From assembly GCF_009914755.1 (NCBI RefSeq), contig NC_060930.1: a stretch of 64,000 bases of DNA. The stretch is one strand, 5' to 3'. The position numbers were made by a program, and so were the translations under genes. The notes under the pieces are model-generated. The model ran no database searches. It saw only the letters and a program-made list of their open reading frames with translations, and had not been told where the DNA came from. This DNA comes from the human T2T-CHM13v2.0 reference genome, Homo sapiens. Every line of letters begins with the position of its first letter. Position 1 is the first letter of the stretch. Below are positions 53,566-64,000 of the stretch, in pieces.

Positions 53566-54835
53566 TTTCAGTAGTAAATGAGCAAGGCTTGTTATATGTT
53601 TCAAGAACCAGATAACTTAGGCCTAACACACAGAAGAAGATACACAAATAAAAAACATCAGGAAGGAGGCTTTGTCACTAATTTCCTTGGTTAAAACATT
53701 TAATAATATGAAGCAACTCTGATGATTAAAGAGGATCATAACTATGATACACAAAATTTAATTATTTGTTAAACACATGTATTCGGCTCTCAGAGCTTTT
53801 TAATAATTTATAAATAGATTAAGATATTAAACACTGGTCATACCTAAACACTTCACAGTCTTGGGGCCTAGAATGCGACCAATCTTCAAAAAGATTTCTA
53901 GAAGTGAGTCATAGGGATATTTATATAACTAACCACTAAATTTGAATGCACCTTGAGCAGCAAGGTCCAAGAGTGCAGGATTGTATCCATTTTGCTAAAC
54001 ACGATTTTTCCTGTGATTAGCACAATACCTAGTTATCAAAAACTATAAATTAAATGACTGGAGCTGAGAAAATGGCAATCACATATTCTGATTAGATTAA
54101 CTAGAACTCACACCTTCCCAAAACACACATGCATTTTGACCATAAATCCAAACTAATACAGCATAAATGTAAAGAGACATACAACTACAGACATTGCAAG
54201 AACATTGTCCAGTTATTCATATATACCTTCTGAACATACCAGACATGTCACCAGGTTTAGAATAATCTATAATATATCAAGATGTGATGGGTAATTTTAA
54301 ATGGCATCTTACTGGTCCCTGGTACCCATTAGTTCTGTTAAACACCAAAAATGTTTGTTGCTTTTTCAAAAAAGTCTAGATGTGGCTGAGAAAATATTTT
54401 TTCAATGTGATTAATTTTTAAAATCAATGGACTTTGAGTAAAGCAGATTATTCTGCATAACATCAGTGAGTCGCATCCCATCAGTCGAAGGCCTTAGGAC
54501 AAGGACCAAGGTTGCTCAAAGAAGGAATTCTCAAGACTGCAACATAGAAACTGTGCCTGAATTTTCAGCCTGCTGCCCTGCAAAATTCAGTCTCAAAACT
54601 GAATCATCAATCCATACTTGAATTTCCACCCTGCTAGCCTTCCCTTCAGATTTGAACTTGCCCACTCCCACAATTTTATAACCTGGTTTCTTAAAAGAAA
54701 TCTCTCTCTTTCTGTCTCTCTTTATCTCTCTCTACCACTACCTGTACCACTACAATCTAGATCCAAGCTACCAGAGTCTCTATCTGGATTATTGCTATGT
54801 ATCAATCTGTCTATCTGTCTGTCTATTTATCTATC

Positions 54836-54866
54836 CACATGCACACACGTGCATGTACGCATGCAT

Positions 54867-54897
<31 letters not shown>

Positions 54898-54899
54898 CA
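54836..54899. repeat. 64-bp alternating purine-pyrimidine tract ending in (TG)n
   Basis: Uninterrupted YR alternation read directly. Confidence 0.9.
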
Positions 54900-55214
54900 G
54901 GTAGCCGTGAGGGATTGGCTCCAGAAACCCCGACTCCCAGTACAAGTTGCAGATGCTGAAGTCCCTCATATAAATGGCATAGTATTTGCACATAGCCTAT
55001 GTACAAACACCCATGCATTTTAAATCACCACTAGATTACTTATAACACCTAATACAAATGTAAATGCTATTAAAATCATTGTTATACTGTATTATTTGAG
55101 GAACATTAATGAGAAAAAAGTCTGTTTTTTTAATATGGTCCTCCATATCCATAGGTTCTGCCTCTTCAGATTCAACCAATCATGGATTTCTTTTGCAAAT
55201 ACAAAGCATGACTG
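54898..55214 (+). mobile_element. MER2 (Tigger family) MITE
   Basis: gggattggctccag...aatggcatagtatttgca...ctagattacttataa...gactg then ta. Confidence 0.85.
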
Positions 55215-55729
55215 TACATATATACTATTGGTAATGTTTCTCTGGAAACTCTGACTAATACACATATTTTATATTCTCAGTTAATTATAATCACCAGAAT
55301 GCCTCAGTTGCAGTCCTGGAGACCTGCTTATGTAAAGTTAGTCATTCTATTTCTGTACATAATATTAGTAATAATAGGTACTATGTTTCCCAATCAATGG
55401 AGATAATAAAAATAAGTTCCTAACATCAATGAGTTATTGTAAAGATAAATGAGAAAACATTAGATATTTGTTCTGAAGTCTCCTGGGGAAAATGATTCTA
55501 CATAAATAGAAAGTATTATCCCATTATTCAAATAATATAAATGATTTAATACTTCATACCAAATAAAAATCAAGTGTCTCCATAGTATTACTGTGAAACT
55601 GCATTGGTAGGAAAAGCAAGCTTTGAACTTGAATATCCTGAATTTTCTACTTGTAATATTTAGATGACTTTAAGGAATGTGACTTAGGATATTTATTATT
55701 TTTACTGTGAATCTTAATGAGATAAATAT

Positions 55730-56026
55730 TCTAGGCATGGTTGCTCAAACATATTAATATAATCCCACATTTTGGGAGGCCAAAGCAGGAGGATTGCTTT
55801 AAGCCAAGAGCCTGGGCAACACAGCCAGACCCCATCTCTAAAAAAAAAAAATAGCTGGGAATAGTGGTGTGCATATGTAGTCCAAGCTACTTGGGAGGCT
55901 AAAGCAGGAAGATCACTTGAGCCCAAGAGATTGAGGCTACAGTAAGCTATGTTCACACCACTGCACTCTAGCTGAGATAACAGAATGATATCCTTTCTCT
56001 AAAATATTAAAAATGAAAAATAATAA
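55730..56026 (+). mobile_element. AluJ
   Basis: ggaggattgcttt, gatcacttgagccc, gaggctacagt J diagnostics; diverged. Confidence 0.9.
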
Positions 56027-56170
56027 ATTTTTTGAAATATGTAAAATAGTGAAGGCAAAATGGTGGCTAAACATGTTAATTAAGGGAATTTAAAATTGGG
56101 ATAAGTTACTAACTTAATAATGATGAGCAACTATTGTTCCCTATGTACTTAGAGGACAGAAATAAATTCT

Positions 56171-56263
56171 TTTTTTTTTCAGAAGTAGAATTTATTTATT
56201 TGTTATTTATTTGTTTCTTTTTTTTAATGTTATTATTATTATACTTTAAGTTTTAGGGTACAT
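56171..56263 (-). mobile_element. Ultra-truncated young L1PA 3' terminus with composite tail
   Basis: ttattatactttaagttttagggtacat preceded by T-rich tails. Confidence 0.75.
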
Positions 56264-57711
56264 TCTACACTGTTGATTAACTCACATCAGTATCAGGACT
56301 ATTTTTTTTTCCAGAAAATGAGTGTTAGTCATCCAATAAATCATGTTCTCATCCACATATACTTCTTTTATTGTAGATATTTAACAGAACCACTAAAAGT
56401 TACTTATGCTTATAAGCCAATAATAGGTTGCAAATAAAGTTACACATAAACATCAACTTAGTGAAAGGATATAAAAGAATTTACTTATGTAGAAACAATA
56501 TAATATAATAAAAAATAACATGTTTCCATTCTCCTGACAGTTGTAGGATAAACAAAATAGAAAAGACACATTCAGCACATTTTTATTTTATTAGAAAGTT
56601 GAAATGGCAAATTTCTAATAGTATAATGTCTGCCAACAAAATGTTTTCATTATCTGGCCAGGGTAGAAAAAAGAAAATAAAAATTTAAAGTACATAGTTA
56701 CATAAATGACTATAGTATCAAAGATGGCCTCAGTTATTTTTTTCTCAAAGCAAAAGGATACTGGAGAAATACTGCATCCCTACTATTAATAGAATGCACA
56801 AGGGGAATTATAATTGACAAATCAGGGGTGGATGTGACAGGTAATCTACAATTATTTTGGACTAAAATGTCAACGTGAAAAATAGATTATTCTGAAATGA
56901 AATTAATATTCAATATTTGGTACTAAAGAAATAAACATAAGTGACATTTCAATGATGAAATAAAGTGCCTTAAAAAAAAGGGATCATGAAGAGTACTGGG
57001 TAAAACCTTAGTTGCAAAAGAGCACAACTAGGGGGAATAGATGGTGATGTTGGAAATGGTCTGTCCCCTCTATGATAGAGTGATCTGACAGATGGGCCAC
57101 GTGAAGCCAAGAGAATTAAAGAGGGAAATTACATTTATGCCAAACCCATCTTCAACGTTGTCAATATGGACACTAAAATCACCTAAGATTAATAGGCTGT
57201 GTGATTCCAGAGAGAGTTGAGAAAGAAAATCTATAAATTCATTAAGAAAACCTGTGGTTTTTCCAAGAGGTTTACAAATTAAATGTTGCTAAAGTTTTAT
57301 GCTAAGAGCAGATAGATACCTAGAAAGATACAAAATTGAGATGTTTTGATTTTGTAGCAGAATACATTTTTTAAACATTCAGCTCTAACTTTCTCAGACT
57401 AAAACAAATTTTCACTATATAAGTTAGGGATATAACAAGATTTATAAGTCCCAAATAAGATTCTAATTTCATAGTAGCCTTATTATCCAAGTTAATTTAA
57501 GCATTTTTAGAAAGTTGAATTTACCACTGACTCTGCAGTGTTGGTGGTAATTATTCATCGTTACAGTATTTTATTATACTACATTATAAGGAACTCAATC
57601 AAAAATATACAAGTCAATATACAGAAATTCTTAGAATTTATGGATTTACACATTTGGGGATGTACTCTAACGTACAAATATATCAAAAAATATCAAATAA
57701 AGTAATTCTAT

Positions 57712-57783
57712 GTGAGCCGAGATCACGCCACTGCACTCCAGCCTGGGCAACAGAGCGAGACTCCGTCTCGAAAAAAAAAAAAA
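57712..57783 (+). mobile_element. Severely 5'-truncated Alu (Y or young S)
   Basis: Last ~59 nt of Alu plus poly(A); 13-bp TSD aaagtaattctat / aaagtaattctgt. Confidence 0.93.
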
Positions 57784-58094
57784 AAAGTAATTCTGTATTT
57801 CAGGAAATGGCTTATCTCTTTTTTTCTGCTAATGCATTTAGAAATACCATTTCTGTATCCCTAATTTTCTTTAGCAACAATATTATTCTGATCAGAAGTA
57901 ACACAGAAAATGGTTAATTCTAAACACATAATTACAGATTTTTAAAAACTGAGGTGCAACTACATAAAGTAAATTTACTCAAATTCTCACCGATTTTTAG
58001 TACATAACCTGTTCAGGATTAGATTCCAAATCATGGAATTTCATCACAGTTTCTTTAGTTTTAAAAATGCTGTCACTTCACAAATTTAGGAGAA

Positions 58095-58310
58095 ATCTGC
58101 TTCACTTCAAATGTAGACCATGTGCTTAGTAGCTGTGTAACAATGAGTGAAGCACTTTACTTCTCTGACCCTGAAACTTTTATCTGTAAAATGAGAATGA
58201 TTATAGTACATAATCCAGATGGTTATTGTAGAAAGCACTTCAGCAAAGCACTGAACAGCATGCCTGGTACATGCTAAGTGCTGATTTCTTATTAGGCATG
58301 GTCATCATCA
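58095..58310 (+). mobile_element. MIR
   Basis: cttagtagctgtgtaac...ttctctgacc...atctgtaaaatgagaatgattatagtac...tgcctggtacat. Confidence 0.8.
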
Positions 58311-59268
58311 TTAATATCATCAACTTCTCCTGGCAAATGGTCACACAACCAATACTTGTTGATTGCTGGGTGATAATTAGGGAAGTCATTTTAGAGCATG
58401 CAAAAAGGGGAGGGGTTTTAAAAAAATCCACATATAATTGAATAAAATCCGCTAGCCTTTTGAAGAAAAATCCCCTAGCTAATTTACTTTCATAAAACAT
58501 TATTTTCCTATTTTTAAATCTTTCCAGAAAAGCTTATTTTTATTTATTTAAATATGTGACTTTAACTGCAGTTTCTGATGGTTTATATTCATTTATTTCT
58601 TCGCTGAATTTTGTATCCAAAGTTTCAACCAAGTTAGTGAAGTAAAAAAAAAAATTAGCCATTCAGAAATTTACCTCAGAGGAAGACTCCCTGCACCCTC
58701 TCTATACATATTCCATGATGCAAGGTAATCTGTACTAACATCAGCACTGTTACATCTTACCCCAAAATAGGGCAAAGACTTTTTGCATTAGTTATTTTAA
58801 AGAAACATAGTCACGTATTTCTGTATTTATTTTCAGAATTACCCTTACTCATTTTATTTTCCTCCATGACAAAACAGAATATAAAGCTATAGAATACAGA
58901 CATTCCAGCTTAAAGGGAGAGTTAAGTTTACAATTAAAATATTTAAAAATACACAAAAGATGTATTCTTCTCTTTATTCTATTTATCTTTCTCTTCCTAC
59001 TTCTTTATCTACTTTTTTTTCATTTTATTAACGTCTTTCTCATTCTTTTGATAGAGCTAATGTAAACTGTGGAAACTTCCCATGGTAACTGTCTTGAGTT
59101 TGTAATCTAAAAACGTGTTTTCTATTCTCTTTCAGTCGTTTGAGGCTTTAAAAGCTCTGGTTCAAAATACATAGACGACCAACTACCATCATCTCTTTCT
59201 AAGCATTGACCAAGATGACTTGTAATTTCAATTATTTCAAGTTGTTGGTTCTTCCTACACAAGGAAAT

Positions 59269-59304
<36 letters not shown>

Positions 59305-59352
59305 CACACACACACAGAGCATTTCCATATATATATATATATATATATATAT
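59269..59352. repeat. Compound (TG)9(TA)9(CA)6...(AT)13 microsatellite
   Basis: Counted from the sequence. Confidence 0.95.
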
Positions 59353-60439
59353 GAAACAGAAATTTCTGTGTAACTAGTCTCAATAATTTTTTAATCTAGA
59401 AAGAGTATATATGAAGGAGTAGGGCCATATTTGTACCCTTCCTCCAACAATTAAACAATTAAAATATAAGGAATTTCATGGAATTCTAAAAATAAACCCT
59501 AGTATTGTTGCCCAATGCTACAAATCCATATAAAATACTTTTCAGATTGTCTGTAGAGTTAATACATTTACTTTTCTAAATTTTGAAAGAATTGTAGTTC
59601 CTCTGAGAAAATATAAATAATGCCAACAAAAATTGTTCAAAAATCAGCTTTCAGAAAGTTCTGGTTTTAGATATACCTCAAAAAATAAACTAATCAAAAG
59701 GCATGTGAATTTTTTTCTTTCAAAAATTGCTATTATTTCAAACTTGCTTCCTTTCTTCCATGTTGCAGTCTACCAGAGCTCAGCTGGAGACTAAGTTAGA
59801 GTATTCAGAGATTTTGTCTCTTCTGGCAGTGTCCCAAGCAGTTATTTACAGAGAGCATGCCTTGGGCAGTAGTAGATGGAGACTCTTTCACAAACTCTCA
59901 TTCCAGATTACAGTACTTCCTAGTAATTCTGAATTCCTTGTAAAATGCAAATAACTCCTGAATGGGTCACTTATTTTGTGTTTTTACCCATACATCCTGG
60001 TGTGAAAATGGACTTGCTTGTTTTTATATTCTTTTACAAATACAGGTTCAAGGTGGAGATAAGGAGATTGTCTCCATGGCAAGTAAAAGAGGAAGCAGAG
60101 GCAAGGCCCGTGTCGTGCATATACATACACACACAAAGAGGCCAATTTTGTTACATTAATTTCAACTCAGCCAATATTAGTCAATTGATTTTGTAGGAAT
60201 AGCCACACCACCATTCCCAGACAAGTTAAAAAGAGTGTGAATTTAGTCACAAAGAGAATCAAATGTAGACTCCCAGGAAAACTCATGAAGTCTACTGGAG
60301 TACCAATATCAAGGAAGTATGTGAGGTCAATAACTCTATATTTGGAAAAACACATTTTTAATATAAAAAACTAGCATAAAATTGAAGACCCTGGAAACAG
60401 GTTTCCCTTACAGAGGAACTCGGTTTCAGGAGGAGAAAC

Positions 60440-60582
60440 ACTGTGCAGAAAAAGACTCCTTGTTAAGATACTGGAGTTCCAGTCCTGGCTCTGTCCCAGG
60501 TCTGTCACTCACCAGCCACGTAATGTGGGGCCAGCAAATTATCATCTCCAGACTTGGCTGCCTCATCTGCAAATTAGGGGAT
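60440..60582 (+). mobile_element. MIR
   Basis: ctggagttccagtcctggctctg...cctcatctgcaaattagggg. Confidence 0.65.
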
Positions 60583-61559
60583 GAAGCTGACGCTCTGCGA
60601 CATCTAATAGCCTATGGGATATTTATGGAAAGAGAAAACCAGGAACTCTGAGTTGGTAGTTATATCTGCAAGCTTCTGAATATGATAAAAGAGACCACAA
60701 GAATAACTCTTTGAATATAATGTTCTAATAATAATATTAATATTAAATAATATATAAACATGAATGAATAATAAAGATAAACATAAACATTGCCACATTT
60801 GAAATAGAAAATGTGGATAGTCCATTTAAAAAAACCATGGACACAGATTTAAACTCTAAAATAATTTTAAGAACAAAGAGATCTTACTTTTCTGAATCTG
60901 GGTCTTACTATACTGTTCCAAGGAGTTGGTGGCACTGAAAGAAGCAACCAATGACTTAATACACACTAAATATGTTTTCTTAAATATGCTATGAACTTTT
61001 ATACATGTGTTTTAGGAAAACACCTTTCTGGGGTCTTGCTTCTAATTGTCATTGAAGTAAATAAATATACCACAAGACCAACTATTCTTACCTCATGTAA
61101 GATCAGTATGGCAAAGTGCAAAGAAATTTCTCACCGTTTAGTCTAGATTCATAATTTAACGAAAGCTTTAAAATTTTTTAAAGTTCACAGAAGACTTTAA
61201 AAATTCTTAAACATCATAAATTAAACAAAAACCACTGAATTCCAATCTATGTGGGAGATATTGCTAAACTTCAGTTCTAACCCTGAGTAATTTCACTGAG
61301 GTATCACCTTTTTCTTTGCATAGAAACGCTACTCAGGTAGCATAGAGTCGTAACATTTTAGCCACTTTACAAAAAGTACCTGTACATTATAAAAATTGTG
61401 TTTGGTCATACAAGTCACAAAGTTCACAAACTTTCTAAGACAACTGGAAAACCAATAAATATTACCATACAAATTCATCATGGCATTGATTAAACATTCA
61501 TTTCTCTCTTTATTAAAATCAAGGTTTCTCAAAACCAAACTATGAAAAATAAATACATA

Positions 61560-61868
61560 TTTATTTCATTTATTTATTTTTTTTTTGGAAATGATCTCAC
61601 TCTGTTGCCCAGGCTGGAGTGCGAGATCATGGCTCACTGCAGCCTCCACATCTGCAGGCTCATGTGATCCTCCCACATCTGTCTCCTGAGTAGCTGGGAC
61701 TACAGGTGTGCACCACCACACCTGGCTAATTTTTTTCAATTTTTTTATTCATAGAGACAGGGTTTCACCATTTTGACCAGGCTGGTCTTGAACTCCAGGG
61801 CTCAAGTGATCTACTCGCCTTGGACCCTCAAAGTGCTGGGATTGTAAGAGTGAGCCACACACCTGGCC
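61560..61868 (-). mobile_element. AluJ
   Basis: gctcactgcagcctcc...gatcctcccac; gggctcaagtgat. Confidence 0.92.
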
Positions 61869-62239
61869 AAAATTCCTATTTTTAAAAAATAAAATGCTAC
61901 AATTTATGTTTGCGCTTGAAAACCCATACTATACTATAGTCATGCTATTTCAATAGCACCTTTGCTTGAGCATAAATTATCAACATGCAATAACAGACGC
62001 ATATTTCAAAACTTGAAAAGAACTTTGCCTTCATCTCCTTTGTAGTTTACAGTCATTGCCATTGGCATTTTAAAATAATGAATGCTTATAATCACGGTTT
62101 TAACACAGAATACAATTTTTGGAAGATATCAGATGTTCGAACAGCAGCATACTAGTTGTGGGCTTATAGCTTTTAAGAATAAATTATGCTGCATGTGTTT
62201 TGAGAATGTAAAGGTTCATTAAAAAAAACAGTCACAGTT

Positions 62240-62540
<301 letters not shown>

Positions 62541-64000
62541 CTCAGAGTTTGTGCAGCTGACCTCAGGCCCAACTAACTTATAAGAAAGCAATAACATTTA
62601 TTTTAGCTAAACAATTAGGTACTTGCCTAGTAAAACCTTTTAAAGTAATTACAAAATACATACTATCTTTTAGTTCCACCATCACCAAAGCATCAATACT
62701 ATTAATGTAACATGGAAATGGTATGCATACAAACTAAAAATGAGAGAGTAAGAAAACAAAGCTGGAACATTGGAACTTTGAGAGAACAAGCATATAAGGA
62801 AAGTGTAAACAAACTTTAGGAAATAATATCACAAATTATGGGAAGGGGGGTGTTTAAAGTCAGTATGTTCTATCAATTCTTAATTTTATTTAGTTAATAT
62901 AGACATAAAACAAACATTTGGTTTTTGGAATTCCCTAATTATGTTTTAAATTATATATTTTAAGAACTTTTAAACATTGAATCCCTTAGAGCAATAGTAA
63001 ATATTTTTAAACCCCAAGAAAATATCTCAGACCTCAGCATCTGGTAAGATGCAATAATATACATTTGTTTATTATTCATTTAAAATGAAATTTGCTGGTT
63101 TCATTTGATTTTCTTCTGGAAAGATTAAACTACTACATATATTTAGACAGATATCTTGAATCCCACATTTAGTAATAAGCTGTGTTTTTTTCTCTGCAAA
63201 ACATCAAAGGCATAAATGAATAATCTGTGATTCTTCTAATAGCATCTCCATTATTAAAATAAGTTGCCAAAAATTGTTATTGAATTCAGTTTAACATTTA
63301 CTTTAAAAAGTAAAGTTGAGCCTGACAGACATGAGGATTTTAGGAATATTTTGCCATCTAATTTGAAAAACAAACAAAAATTTTCTCCAATAGTTTGAAA
63401 ACAGAAAGATCTTACACATTAACAATTGAGGCTAGTTTCTCAATACCATCTAGACTTAGAGAAACATCAGCAGAACTGATACTATTAGGGAAAATGACCC
63501 AATTTGGAGAATGCTGAGTAATAACACTCTACAATCTGCTTGATAGATATGAATTGGATGAGAGTAAAATATGAAATAGTGTGTCATCCAGTGCCCTCAA
63601 CTTCTCTCGTCCACTTCTGATAATCAGTTAATCAGAGTTCATCCCACTTGTCAAAATACCTCAGCATTAAGATGACAAATGATGGAAGTAGAAACAGAGA
63701 CAATGATAGGAGACGATGAATGCACTGAGAGCAGCTGAGAGGGCACTAATATCTCATAAGAGAGAGAACAAGAAGGGCTAAACAGAGAGAACTGACAGAA
63801 CTCCAAGCAGTAATTTCCTTGTTGTTGATTTTTGTTTTGTTTTGTTTTTAAACATAGCAGATAAATTGCAATGAAAGGGAGTGGCAGGCTGCTGCCCTGT
63901 TAGGGAACCAGTGAATGCAACAAATGTTAGATTTACACAGATTTCTTAAGAGGGGCCCAAGTGAGGTCGTGACATACAACAGGAGAGCTTGTTAAAGCTC

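Larger units (their letters stand above)
54283..55262 (+). mobile_element. MLT2 (MLT2D-like) ERVL solo LTR, interrupted by microsatellites and MER2
   Basis: tgtgatgggtaatttta...gactttgagtaaagcagatta...gtttctctggaaactctgactaataca. Confidence 0.85.

Overview
This is an AT-rich primate genomic window, probably human or hominoid because it carries several AluY copies. It looks intergenic or deep intronic, and I can support no protein-coding gene or structural RNA gene. The longer ORFs in the track are Alu-, L1-, LTR- or mariner-derived, and the rest look like chance ORFs. Much of the window is transposon debris: 9 Alus, a heavily deleted L1PA13-16-type element inside a nested L1M/L2 cluster (about 14.6-23.9 kb), MaLR/ERV1/ERVL solo LTRs, a near full-length HSMAR2 mariner, MER44B, MER2, MER3, MIR and L2. 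I found no new biological system. The most interesting signals are fossil DNA-repair and rearrangement scars. These include a young-L1 3'UTR filler bridging a deletion in an older L1, an L2 segment inside an L1M 5'UTR with hairpin junctions, an ultra-short L1 with a probable 3' transduction, and a micro-inversion in MER2. There are also several palindrome or Z-DNA-prone tracts and a TE-free block with a candidate non-coding exon or enhancer. Subfamily names come from remembered consensus sequences and need RepeatMasker/Dfam confirmation.
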